A model generated the notes under the pieces. It was not told where the DNA came from. It searched no databases and saw only the letters and a list, made by a program, of their open reading frames with translations. The position numbers and the translations under genes are program-made. From Clostridia bacterium (GTDB lineage Bacteria; Bacillota; Clostridia; Oscillospirales; CAG-272), in NCBI GenBank assembly GCA_017403155.1, contig JAFQOP010000003.1, positions 2,504 through 66,503 of the forward strand: 64,000 nucleotides of DNA, given 5' to 3'. Shown here piece after piece: positions 54,197-63,791 of the stretch. Numbering within the stretch: position 1 is the stretch's first letter; every line of letters begins with the position of its first letter.

Positions 54197-54913
54197 TTAG
54201 CAATCCAGCGGTACAGTGCGTATTTCCGCCTCGCTGTTTATCCTGCCGTCGGAGCGGAAGGTGCGAAAATAGTATCTGCCCTCGCTCTCACCGCGCAGAA
54301 CCGTGAGCACGTCGCCGGCGGGAGCCTCGTTCCGGTAATTTATCGTTATCTCCTCAATTCTTCTTCCCTCGAGGTCGAGGAAGTTGGAGTACATATCGGG
54401 ATATTTCGTATTGTTCATGTGTCTGTTCTGGTCTACCGAGTCATAGGTAACCTCATATTTGCCGACAAGAGTCATTGACTCGGGCATCACTATTCTCGAT
54501 ATGGGGTAGTCGAGAGGGTCAAAGGTCGTAAGCCCGAGCTCAAAGTCATTCACCTTGACAAGTGCGTGCGTGTCGGTGTCTATGAGTGCCCACACGGATG
54601 CCGCCCGACCGACAATTCCTCCGTCCCGTAGTAGCTCATAGCAGCGCAGAAAGCTGTATCCGCGGCTATGGCAGGGAAAGCTTATGCCAACAAGACGCTC
54701 ATACGCGTGTATATCCTCTGTGAATTCCATCCTTATCCTCGAGAGGACAAAGGCGCGCTTCTTGTCCTTGAGGCTGTCGTAGGACATGCCCCCCTCGGTG
54801 AGCTGCGACTGTGCTGTCGATTGAATAAGGCGCATAAGCGCGCTCGTCCTTGCAACGCCGTTGAAGTCGACGTCGTGGATATCAACCTCGAATTCCTTCT
54901 TATAGTATTCCAT
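54197..54913 (-). CDS. acyl-ACP thioesterase
   Basis: Double hot-dog family pattern (EVDIHDVDFNGVARTSALMRLIQ..., second half VDQNRHMNNTKY). Start moved to the second ATG (54913), 9 nt after GGAG; the first ATG directly abuts the SD. Confidence 0.8.
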   Translation of the reverse strand: MEYYKKEFEVDIHDVDFNGVARTSALMRLIQSTAQSQLTEGGMSYDSLKDKKRAFVLSRIRMEFTEDIHAYERLVGISFPCHSRGYSFLRCYELLRDGGIVGRAASVWALIDTDTHALVKVNDFELGLTTFDPLDYPISRIVMPESMTLVGKYEVTYDSVDQNRHMNNTKYPDMYSNFLDLEGRRIEEITINYRNEAPAGDVLTVLRGESEGRYYFRTFRSDGRINSEAEIRTVPLDC

Positions 54914-54996
54914 AGCATACATCTCCTTTTACCGACTATATTTTACCCCTCATGCAAGGAATTTTCAAGTAAAAAATGTAAATAATTAAAATATAC

Positions 54997-55025
54997 TGGA
55001 CAAGACCCTAAATGTGTGGTAAAAT
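54997..55025 (+). promoter_or_regulatory. sigma-A type promoter of trxA
   Basis: TGGACA 54997-55002, 17-nt spacer, TAAAAT 55020-55025. Confidence 0.6.
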
Positions 55026-55048
55026 AAGGGCAAAAGGAGGTACTAATA

Positions 55049-55360
55049 ATGATACAGCTTACAAAGGATAATTTTAAGAGCGAGGTGGAGGAGCACGACG
55101 GTCTTGTCGTCATCGACCTCTATGCCGATTGGTGCGGTCCGTGCAAGATGCTTGCCCCCACCGTTGAGGCTCTCGAGCGCGAGATGCCCGACGTCAAGTT
55201 TGCCAAGGTGAACGTGGACAGTGAGATGGAGATAGCAAAGATGTTTAAGGTGACGAGCATACCCATGATTGCACTCGTGCGCGACAACACCTTCCTCGAT
55301 ATGTCCGTCGGCTATGTCCCGAAGCAAACACTCGAGAATCTCATAAACGAATACAGATAA
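55049..55360 (+). CDS. trxA: thioredoxin
   Basis: 103 aa. WCGPC active site. RBS aaggagg. Confidence 0.93.
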   Translation: MIQLTKDNFKSEVEEHDGLVVIDLYADWCGPCKMLAPTVEALEREMPDVKFAKVNVDSEMEIAKMFKVTSIPMIALVRDNTFLDMSVGYVPKQTLENLINEYR

Positions 55361-55385
55361 TAAATCGCAGGAAATACCCACCACA

Positions 55386-55417
55386 GAGCCCGAAGCATCA
55401 CGCTTCGGGCTTTTTCG
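55386..55417 (+). terminator. rho-independent terminator
   Basis: agcccgaagc pairs with gcttcgggct, followed by T5. Confidence 0.8.
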
Positions 55418-55514
55418 TGCCACCCGCGTCACATTTTGCTATATTTAAACCTTGCATACTTATCATCTCGGGGATAGAATTTACGTAATACGCTTTATCT
55501 TTCGGGAGATTGAA

Positions 55515-58500
55515 ATGAGAAGACTGCTAAAAACTGTAATTTTCCTCGCCCTCGCTACCTTATCGCTGCTTTTTGCAATGCCTGTCAGTGCCGCGGAGGC
55601 GGCAGGCGAGCCCTGCCGCATATATTCCGATGGTGGAGAGTACGTGCTCGTGTGCGGCGATGGCGAGATGCGCTCGGACAGCCTCACCTCGCTTTTTGCC
55701 GAGGTGCCGCAGGGCTCCACCGTCACCCTCGACGGGCTCTCGAGCGACGGGAGCATACTTATAAGCCACCCCTCCCTCACGCTGACGGGTAGCCTCGCGC
55801 TGACGGGCGGAGCCACACTTACTCTTGACGGAGGAAATCTGACTTTTCGCGCCGTCACTCTCACCTCCGAGGGGCAGGCTGTCAGAATAAAGCGCGGCAC
55901 ACTTACCCTTGAGAGTGGCAGCATCACAGCGCGCGGCGCATCTGTTGTCCTCGATTTCGCCGCATCTGCCGAGTATATACAGACGGGCGGCGCCATCACC
56001 TCGACAGAGGGGGTTGCTCTCTCGGTCTGGCAGGGCAGTGCCACGGTGAGAGGAGGCAGGATTTGCTCTCTTAGCGACCTTGCGGTGGTCTCCTCCTCCA
56101 CTCTGACCCTTGTCGGTGCGCCCGAGCTTGTCGGTGCCTCCTACGATATTGCCCTTTCCTCTCCCGCTACCCTTTATGAGGGAAATGCTGTCTTTCGCGG
56201 CTCTGCCCGCACAAAGCTGCTCTACGGGGTAGAGCGCGGACGCGTCAAGGCAGCCTTTTATACAGAGAGTGCCGATTCTCTTTCGGGCATATCCCTCTAC
56301 TCCACCCTCGGAGAGCAGCTGACGCTCAGATACCTTGAGGCAGGAGAGTACGGGTGCGACGAGGGGACGGGCGCAGTATGGCTGCCGTTTTTTGTCACCT
56401 TTGTTCGTGAGGGAGGGGGAGAGACGGTCGTTGAATGCATGTCCTCCGATACCGTCACACCCCCAACACCTCCCTCGGTGAGTGGCTATGCCCACACGGG
56501 CTGGTGCTACTCGGACGGAGAGAGCTTTGACGTCGGTGCGTCGGTGCAGGGGGACGTAACGGTCTATGCAACCTACTCCCTCCTGCCACCCACCTTCAGA
56601 ATGCGCGGCGAGGGCTTTGCCTTCGACGGTGAGGAGAGGTATATCTCCATCTCCGATATCACTCACCCTCTCCTTGAGTCGGGCTATCTCTCCTTCGAGT
56701 GGTACAAGGACGGTGCCCCCCTCTCCTCCTACACGCAAACTCACCCCATAAGATACGCTTCGGACAGCGGAATATATGAGGCAAGGATAACCTTCACCGT
56801 CGGAACAGATACCGTAACGGTAAGCACACCGAGCGTTGATATAAGAATAACGAAGAGGGTTGTCAATATCCCGAAAATACCCTCGAAATTTTACACGGGG
56901 CAGCACCAGAGCCCCGAAATAGCCGAAAACGGCATATATACGGCAGCCCCCGTCACGGGCAGGGAGGTTGGCATATATCCCGTCCGCCTCACCCTTATCG
57001 ACCCTGCCAACAATTCTTTTTTTGGCACCTTGGAGGCGCACGCGTATTCCGACTTTGAGATAAAGAGGGCAGAAAACAGCTGGACAGAGTCTCTTGCCAT
57101 CTCCGATTTTTATACGGGAGGTGCGCCGATTCCCACCGCCCGTGCTGCCTTCGGTGAGGTTAGATATCTCTATGCATCGGCGGCGGACGGGCTCTTCTCC
57201 TCCTCGCCTCCGACAGAGGCAGGGGAGTATCTTGTGCGCGCCTTCGTCGACGGCACGGAAAACTATACCTCTCTTGAGAGTGAGACGGTAGCGTTTAAGG
57301 TAATCCTCGAAGTGCCACTCGCCATCTCTGTGAAGATACCGCCGACAAGAGAGAGCTATACCGCCTTTGAGAGGATAGACCCCGAGGGGATTTGTGTTGA
57401 GGTTGTATATAACAGCAAAAGGTGTGCCCTTCTTTATTCGGATAGCCTCACCTTCTCCTATCAGACGTCGGGGGCAGACTCGCTCCGCTACGGAGACAGC
57501 GGTGTCACCGTCAGCTATATGGGTGCGTCGGTTATGCTCCCGCTCTCTGTCGGTCGAGCAGAGTACGACATTTCCTCCGTCGTCTTCTCCGACCTGACTC
57601 TTACCTTTGACGGTGAGCCGAAAACTATACCCCAGCCTACGGGGCTGCCCGTTGGACTTGACGGCATACCTCTGTGCGCCACAGTGTCGGGTGGCGGCAC
57701 CGATGCGGCAGATTATACCGTGATACTCACCTTTTACAGCGAGAGCCGAAATTACACCCTCCCCGAGCCGATAAGCGCCACCCTCACCGTCCTGCCGAGA
57801 GAGTGCGAGGTCGTGTGGGGAGCGAGAGAATTCGTATACGACGGAGGGGAGAAGCTGCCGAGTGCCTTCTATACCGATATATACGGCAGGCGTATCGACC
57901 TCTCGGTTGAGGGGAGGCATAGCCTGGCAGGCACCTATACCGCCACAGTCCGCAGTGAAAATCCAAACTACACTCTGAAAAATCCAACGGCAGAATATAC
58001 GGTACTGAAGGCGGACTATGACCTCTCGGGCGCTGTGTGGGTGGGTGGAGAATTCGTCTATAACGGCTCTTCTCACTCGGTCACCCTCACAGGGCTACCC
58101 GACGGGGTCGGTGTAATAGGCTACCTGAATGCGGATGCCACACTGGCAGGCAGCTACGTTGCGAGCGCCACCCTCTCCTACGACGCGCGCAACTACAATC
58201 CGCCGACGGTGCCCGACTTTGCGTGGCAGGTTTGCCGCGCAGAATACCCGAGCGGCGGCTATCACTTTGCCGACCTTGCCGTCACCTACGACGGGGGCGT
58301 GCATTATCCCACCCTTGTCGGTGAGATGCCCTGTGGGCTTGACGGCTCGGTGCCTAGCTATACCTTCTCGCGCGGTGTTTGCCACGTCGCAGAGGGGAGA
58401 GCGGCGGTCACCGTAGTCTTCTCCACCGACAGCCGTAACTACAATCCACCCCCGAGCCTCGTTGCCTTTGTAACGGTATCTGCTATGGAGATAAGTGTCG

Positions 58501-60401
58501 AGTGGGGGAATAGTGAGTTCGTTTACTGTGCCGCTTACACAGTGCCGAGCGCAGTGAGCGAATATACCTCCGTAACGGTTACGGGCGGCGGTGTTGATGC
58601 AGGGGATTATATCGCCCGCGCCACCTCGGATAACCCCGATTATCTCGTCACAAACTGCGAGCTCCCCTTCAGCATATTGAGGGCAGAAAACGCATGGACG
58701 GCAGAGCCCTCCGTTTCCGACGTCTTCTACGGCAGGCTACCCTCGCCCGAGGGCGCGTGCATCGCAGGTGCGCTTGTTCCTGCCTATTATTCAGCCGCGT
58801 CGGGAGAGCCGCTTGCCGAAATACCAAGGGCGGTGGGGGAGTATATCCTCGTCCTCTCGAGCGAGGGAGATAGAAATTATCTGCCTATATCGTCAGAGCC
58901 TCTTCGCTTCTCTGTAATCGCGGTGGTTCCCGTTTCGGTAAGCGCCTCCCTCACGGGCACGCCGCTTGTCGCTATGTCCTCTCTCGGCGAGGAGGATATC
59001 ACGGTTCTCCTCCATTATAATGACGGCACGAGCTCCCCGGTGCCGCACAGACTTGCCGAAATACAGTACCAGAGTGGGGAGAGCCTTCGCCACTCGGACA
59101 CCGAGCTCACCGTTTCCTATCTTGGCTTTGCCGTCACCCTTCCCATAAGCGTCGGTCGCGCAGATTACGATATGAGCCACGTGCGCTGGGAGAACACCCT
59201 GCTTGTCTTTGACGGGAGCGAGAGGGTGGCGTATCTCTCGGGGCTTCCCGAGGGTGTCACGGTCAGAGAATATATTTCCTGCTCTGCCACCGCGGCAGGC
59301 AGGTATCCCCTTGCGGCAACCGTCGATTACGACCGCGAGAATTACAATCCGCCAAAAATCCCGAGCGGAGTTATGATTATCGAGAGGTGCATAGTGCCTC
59401 TTCCGATTATAGAGTCGGTTGTCTATGACGGAGAGTGGCACCTGCCCGAGGTGCCCGAGAGTGCCCTGTATACAGCCTCCTTTGCTGATGGGGTGAGAGC
59501 GGCAGGGCACTATCCCGTCAGGCTCACCCTCGCCGACGGAGCAAACTATGCCTTCCCGACGGGTGCGGCAAGTGCCTCGGTTGACTTCGTTGTAGCTCGC
59601 CGCCCCATAACGGTGAGGGTAGCGGACGTTCGTCTTTGCCTCTTTGAGGAGGATTACGTCCCCTCGTTTGTAATAACCGAGGGCACCCTTGTCGGCTCCG
59701 ACACCCTCACTCCCACCTACACCGAGCGAGACGGACGGATATACGCCCGCTTCGACAGCCCCTCTTATGATATAACCGTTATCGCAGGCACCCTCGAGCA
59801 TACGCGCTCGCTGTCCCCGAGAGCTCTCGGTATCATAATCTTCTCGCTTCTTTTGCTGCTTCTCGTCCTCTTAATCGTCTATCTTCTCCTGCGCCACAGA
59901 GCATACGCATACTATTCCGTGCGCTCCCGTCTTTTCGGAGCCACAGCCGAGCTTGCCGACCCCACGCCTCCCCCGCCTCCGACGGAAGAGGAGAAAAAGG
60001 AGGACACCGATGCGGACGCGGTGAGCGAGGTCGCGGCTATCAGCGTCGAGTATGCTGACGGAGCTATCTCCGACTCGCTTGCCAAGGATCTCATAAGACG
60101 GGACGAGGTGATAGTCACCGAAGGGCGTCGGCGCGGAATAATAAACGTTGATACCCTCTCGCGCGCCTTCTCGGCAGGGGATAGGGTAGACGTCAATATC
60201 CTGAAGCGAAGGAGCCTTATCCCGTATGACACCGCATATATCAAGGTGCTCGCCCGCGGTATAATCGACAAGCCGCTTGAGGTATATGCAAACGACTTCA
60301 GCCTCTCGGCGGTAAAGATGATAGCCCTCTCGGGTGGCAAGGCTATCCGCGTCGGCACTATGTTGGCACCGCGGACGGAGAAAAATAAAGAAAAGCCTTG
60401 A
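55515..60401 (+). CDS. giant surface protein (1628 aa): beta-helix-like N-terminus, InlB B-repeat, multiple MBG-type and Ig-like repeats, TM helix, cytoplasmic uL15-like tail
   Basis: ATG at 55515 gives signal peptide MRRLLKTVIFLALATLSLLFAMPVSA-AE. Repeated ...NPNYTLKNPTAEYTVLKA-type modules. TM helix LGIIIFSLLLLLLVLLIVYLLL (about 59826-59891). Tail GIINVDTLSRAFSAGDRVDVNILKRRSLIPYDTAYIKVLARGIIDKPLEVYANDFSLSAVKMIALSGGKAIRV. Confidence 0.88.
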   Translation: MRRLLKTVIFLALATLSLLFAMPVSAAEAAGEPCRIYSDGGEYVLVCGDGEMRSDSLTSLFAEVPQGSTVTLDGLSSDGSILISHPSLTLTGSLALTGGATLTLDGGNLTFRAVTLTSEGQAVRIKRGTLTLESGSITARGASVVLDFAASAEYIQTGGAITSTEGVALSVWQGSATVRGGRICSLSDLAVVSSSTLTLVGAPELVGASYDIALSSPATLYEGNAVFRGSARTKLLYGVERGRVKAAFYTESADSLSGISLYSTLGEQLTLRYLEAGEYGCDEGTGAVWLPFFVTFVREGGGETVVECMSSDTVTPPTPPSVSGYAHTGWCYSDGESFDVGASVQGDVTVYATYSLLPPTFRMRGEGFAFDGEERYISISDITHPLLESGYLSFEWYKDGAPLSSYTQTHPIRYASDSGIYEARITFTVGTDTVTVSTPSVDIRITKRVVNIPKIPSKFYTGQHQSPEIAENGIYTAAPVTGREVGIYPVRLTLIDPANNSFFGTLEAHAYSDFEIKRAENSWTESLAISDFYTGGAPIPTARAAFGEVRYLYASAADGLFSSSPPTEAGEYLVRAFVDGTENYTSLESETVAFKVILEVPLAISVKIPPTRESYTAFERIDPEGICVEVVYNSKRCALLYSDSLTFSYQTSGADSLRYGDSGVTVSYMGASVMLPLSVGRAEYDISSVVFSDLTLTFDGEPKTIPQPTGLPVGLDGIPLCATVSGGGTDAADYTVILTFYSESRNYTLPEPISATLTVLPRECEVVWGAREFVYDGGEKLPSAFYTDIYGRRIDLSVEGRHSLAGTYTATVRSENPNYTLKNPTAEYTVLKADYDLSGAVWVGGEFVYNGSSHSVTLTGLPDGVGVIGYLNADATLAGSYVASATLSYDARNYNPPTVPDFAWQVCRAEYPSGGYHFADLAVTYDGGVHYPTLVGEMPCGLDGSVPSYTFSRGVCHVAEGRAAVTVVFSTDSRNYNPPPSLVAFVTVSAMEISVEWGNSEFVYCAAYTVPSAVSEYTSVTVTGGGVDAGDYIARATSDNPDYLVTNCELPFSILRAENAWTAEPSVSDVFYGRLPSPEGACIAGALVPAYYSAASGEPLAEIPRAVGEYILVLSSEGDRNYLPISSEPLRFSVIAVVPVSVSASLTGTPLVAMSSLGEEDITVLLHYNDGTSSPVPHRLAEIQYQSGESLRHSDTELTVSYLGFAVTLPISVGRADYDMSHVRWENTLLVFDGSERVAYLSGLPEGVTVREYISCSATAAGRYPLAATVDYDRENYNPPKIPSGVMIIERCIVPLPIIESVVYDGEWHLPEVPESALYTASFADGVRAAGHYPVRLTLADGANYAFPTGAASASVDFVVARRPITVRVADVRLCLFEEDYVPSFVITEGTLVGSDTLTPTYTERDGRIYARFDSPSYDITVIAGTLEHTRSLSPRALGIIIFSLLLLLLVLLIVYLLLRHRAYAYYSVRSRLFGATAELADPTPPPPPTEEEKKEDTDADAVSEVAAISVEYADGAISDSLAKDLIRRDEVIVTEGRRRGIINVDTLSRAFSAGDRVDVNILKRRSLIPYDTAYIKVLARGIIDKPLEVYANDFSLSAVKMIALSGGKAIRVGTMLAPRTEKNKEKP

Positions 60402-60445
60402 AAAAAATATAAAATAATGCTAGAATTATTTTAAGCAAAAGTAAT

Positions 60446-60480
60446 GCCGCAGTCGTCTCTTTGCCGACTGCGGCTTTTTA
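60446..60480 (+). terminator. rho-independent terminator
   Basis: gccgcagtcg pairs with cgactgcggc, followed by T5. Confidence 0.8.
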
Positions 60481-60495
60481 AAAGGGATTTTTGAA

Positions 60496-62319
60496 ATGCA
60501 GATAATCTACAAGGATAAGGATATCGTATTTATAAACAAGGCGGCAGGTATGCCCAGCCAGCCCGACCCGACGGGCGACACGGATGCTATGAGCGCTACG
60601 TCAGCGGAGCTTTCCGCGTGCGGCGAGAGGGATGCGCTCTGGCTCGTCCATAGGCTTGACCGCGTTGTCGGTGGAGTAATGGTCTTTGCCAGAAGCAAGG
60701 AATATGCCGCGCGCCTCAGCGCCCTAATCTCGGATAAAACGGCAAGGAAGGAATATCTTGCCGTAGTCGAGGGGCGTGCCGAGGGCGGTGCTCTCACCGA
60801 CCTGATATACAAGGATGCGAGGGCGGCAAAGGCGTTTGTCGTTGACCGCAAGCGCTCAGGGGTAAAGGAGGCGCGGCTCGAGTATATCCCCCTTGAGTGC
60901 GTAAGGACGGATAGGGGAGAATATACCCTCGTCCGTGTCAGACTCGATACGGGCAGATACCATCAGATACGCGTGCAGCTCTCTCACAGAGGAATGCCCA
61001 TAGTAGGTGACGGTAAGTACGGCAGTCACGACAACCGCGCCCACCTGCCAGCGCTATTTTCAACTCGGCTCTCCATCCCCCTCGGCAAGAGGGCGGCGGG
61101 GTGCAGTGTCCTTCCCGACCTTGAGAGCTATCCGTGGTCGCTCTTCTCAAAAGAGGCATATGAAAAGGAGTTTATAATGACTGAAAAGCTGTATTATAAG
61201 GATGCATATATAAAGGAGTTCGACGCGAGGGTAATCTCCGTAAGGAGCAAGTCGGATGAGTACGTAGTCGTCCTCGACAGGACTGCCTTCTTCCCCGAGG
61301 CGGGAGGACAGTATGCCGACAACGGCACGATTGGCGGCATTGCAGTTGCCGACGTGCGTGAGTGCGATGGAGTGATATATCATCACCTTCCCGTGCCTGT
61401 TGAGGTCGGTGCCACCGTACACTGCGTTATCGACTTTGAGGAAAGGTATGAAAAGATGCGCGTGCATACCGCCGAGCATATACTATCGGGTCTTTTTCAC
61501 ACGCACTACGGTCTTGACAACGTCGGATTTCACCTCGGAGCCGAGGATGTAACAATGGATATCAGCGCACCTCTGGGCTACGACGAGCTTATGAGGATTG
61601 AGGAGCTTGCCAACCGCGCCGTGCTCGATAACCTTGAGGTTACCGCCTTCTTTCCCACACCCGAAGAGCTCCCGACGCTCACCTATCGCTCGAAGCTCGA
61701 GCTTACCAAGGATGTAAGAATAGTGAAAATCGGAGACGTCGACTCCTGCGCCTGCTGTGCGCCCCACGTCGGGAGGACGAGTGAGGTCGGCAGCATCAAG
61801 ATTATCGACTTTGAGAAGCTGCGCGGCGGACTTCGCATACATATCGCCGCAGGCGAGAGAGCCCTCCGCTATTACAGAGGAATGTACGAAAATCTTACAA
61901 AAATCTCTCGCGCCCTCTCCGCCCCCAAGCTAGAGTGCGCGGCGGCAGTGGAGCGCACCCTGTCCGAGCTCGAGAGCTGGCGTGCCGCATATAAGAGGGC
62001 GAGGGTCAGCTACTTTGAGAGGGAGGCTACCCTTATACATCCTGCCCCCAAGAACCTCGTTCTCGACTACCCCGACGCAACCTATGAGGAGCTTCGCGTG
62101 CTGGCAAACCTCGCCCGCGACAGAGTCGAGGGTATGCTCGTCCTCCTTTCGGGCACAGAAGGTGACTACAATTACGTAATAACCTCAAATAGCATAGATA
62201 TGAGAGGCGAGATTAAAAAAATAAACACCGCCCTTTTTGGTGTGGGCGGTGGTAATTCGCTTATGGTGCAGGGTGGCTTCTCTGCCAAGCTCGAGGAAAT
62301 AAAGAAATACTTTATTTGA
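60496..62319 (+). CDS. single ORF joining an RluA-family pseudouridine synthase (aa 1-227) in frame to an AlaX-L type alanyl-tRNA editing protein (aa 228-607)
   Basis: N-terminal part has HRLDRVVGG (catalytic Asp) and YHQIRVQL. From the internal ATG at 61177 (preceded by aaaaggag): MTEKLYYKDAYIKEFDA..., the HTAEHILSG zinc motif, CCAPHV, and a DHHA1-like C-terminus GGGNSLMVQGG. There is no in-frame stop between the parts. Confidence 0.85.
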   Translation: MQIIYKDKDIVFINKAAGMPSQPDPTGDTDAMSATSAELSACGERDALWLVHRLDRVVGGVMVFARSKEYAARLSALISDKTARKEYLAVVEGRAEGGALTDLIYKDARAAKAFVVDRKRSGVKEARLEYIPLECVRTDRGEYTLVRVRLDTGRYHQIRVQLSHRGMPIVGDGKYGSHDNRAHLPALFSTRLSIPLGKRAAGCSVLPDLESYPWSLFSKEAYEKEFIMTEKLYYKDAYIKEFDARVISVRSKSDEYVVVLDRTAFFPEAGGQYADNGTIGGIAVADVRECDGVIYHHLPVPVEVGATVHCVIDFEERYEKMRVHTAEHILSGLFHTHYGLDNVGFHLGAEDVTMDISAPLGYDELMRIEELANRAVLDNLEVTAFFPTPEELPTLTYRSKLELTKDVRIVKIGDVDSCACCAPHVGRTSEVGSIKIIDFEKLRGGLRIHIAAGERALRYYRGMYENLTKISRALSAPKLECAAAVERTLSELESWRAAYKRARVSYFEREATLIHPAPKNLVLDYPDATYEELRVLANLARDRVEGMLVLLSGTEGDYNYVITSNSIDMRGEIKKINTALFGVGGGNSLMVQGGFSAKLEEIKKYFI

Positions 62320-62806
62320 TATCGAAATCAAGCACAAGACGTGCCTTGGTGGGCTTCAGCTTTGTGAGCTTGACGCCTGCCGCCTCGAGCATACGCTTGG
62401 ATGCTACGTCGGAGGGAGTGCCGTTATACTTGTCGGAGAGGTAAACCACCTCGGTAACGCCCGACTGTATGATAGCCTTGGCGCACTCATGGCAGGGGAA
62501 GAGGCTGACGTACAGCTTCGAGCCCGAGAGATTCTTGCCGCGCGAGTTCAGTATGGCATTGAGCTCTGCGTGAACAACAAACTGATACTTCGTCTCACCG
62601 AGGGAGGAATCTCTGTTCCAGGGGAAGTCGTCGTCCGAGCATCCGTGGGGGAATCCGTTGTAGCCTGTCGAGAGTATTCTGTTCTGGTCGTCGATGATGC
62701 AGGCACCGACCTGCGTGTTCGGGTCCTTTGAGCGCTGTGCCGCCAGCAGGGAAACACCCATAAAGTATTCGTCCCAGCTTATGTAATCGAGTCTTTTGTC
62801 TGCCAT
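62312..62806 (-). CDS. comEB: dCMP deaminase (ComEB-type)
   Basis: HAELNAI and PCHECAKAI zinc motifs. Start set to the ATG at 62806, which has GAGG about 10 nt upstream; the track GTG at 62821 would contain that SD. Confidence 0.88.
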   Translation of the reverse strand: MADKRLDYISWDEYFMGVSLLAAQRSKDPNTQVGACIIDDQNRILSTGYNGFPHGCSDDDFPWNRDSSLGETKYQFVVHAELNAILNSRGKNLSGSKLYVSLFPCHECAKAIIQSGVTEVVYLSDKYNGTPSDVASKRMLEAAGVKLTKLKPTKARLVLDFDIK

Positions 62807-62887
62807 AGCATAAAACCTCACATACCTTTTATAACCCTAATTTTACCACACTTTTCATACTATGTCAACAGTAAAGGAGGGATAATT

Positions 62888-63787
62888 GTGATAGATAACG
62901 AGAATATATACTATTCCTCCTGCCGCCTTTGCGCAAGGGAGTGCGGTGTTGACCGCACGCGAGTCAACGGTGGGTGCGGTGTCGGGAGCGAGCTGCTCGT
63001 TGCCCGTGCCTCCCTCCACGCGTGGGAGGAGCCTCCCATATCGGGCACTCGCGGTTCGGGCACTATCTTCTTCTCGGGCTGCTCTCTCGGCTGCTCCTTC
63101 TGCCAAAATAGGGAAATCTCGGGCGGCAGGGTAGGCAAGACTGTCACCACCGACCGCCTTGCCGACATAATGCTCGAGCTTGAGGGGAGGGGCGCACACA
63201 ATATCAACCTTGTTACCCCCACCCATTACGTGCCGAGCATAATCCGCGCCATCGACCGCGCAAGGGGGCTTGGGCTCACCCTGCCGATAGTATATAACAC
63301 CTCCTCGATAGACACCCCCGACACCCTCCGCATGCTTGAGGGCTACGTCGATATTTACCTCGCGGACTATAAGTATAACACCGAAAAAACCGCCCAAGCC
63401 CTCACCCGTGTAAAAAATTACACCGCCGCCGCCCGTCTGGCAATAGCCGAGATGGTGCGCCAGAGGCCGACGCCAACCATAGAGGACGGGCTTATGAAGA
63501 GCGGAGTCATCGTCCGCCTCCTTCTCCTGCCCGCCCACGTTGCCGAGGCAAAGCTCTCGGTGAAGTATCTCTATGAGACCTACGGCGATAGCATAATTAT
63601 GAGCCTTATGAGCCAGTACACCCCGATGGAGGGCGTCGCCGCACCTCTTGACCGCCCCGTAACGGCGGCAGAATACGACGAGCTTGTAGCCTACGCCCTG
63701 CGCAAGGGCGTGAAAAACGCGTATATCCAAGAGGACGGTGCCGCCCGCGAGAGCTTTATCCCGCCCTTTGATTTGACAGGCGTTTAG
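62888..63787 (+). CDS. radical SAM protein, PflX-like (putative glycyl-radical activating enzyme family)
   Basis: GTG after aaaggaggg. CSLGCSFCQN CxxxCxxC cluster motif. N-terminal Cys pair CRLCARECGVDR. Confidence 0.8.
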   Translation: MIDNENIYYSSCRLCARECGVDRTRVNGGCGVGSELLVARASLHAWEEPPISGTRGSGTIFFSGCSLGCSFCQNREISGGRVGKTVTTDRLADIMLELEGRGAHNINLVTPTHYVPSIIRAIDRARGLGLTLPIVYNTSSIDTPDTLRMLEGYVDIYLADYKYNTEKTAQALTRVKNYTAAARLAIAEMVRQRPTPTIEDGLMKSGVIVRLLLLPAHVAEAKLSVKYLYETYGDSIIMSLMSQYTPMEGVAAPLDRPVTAAEYDELVAYALRKGVKNAYIQEDGAARESFIPPFDLTGV

Positions 63788-63791
63788 CCCT

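Noticed and set aside
55560-58076. 838-aa ORF on the minus strand
   Set aside because: Antisense to the giant surface-protein gene, which has a signal peptide and repeated domains. R/G-rich, low-information translation with no RBS context.
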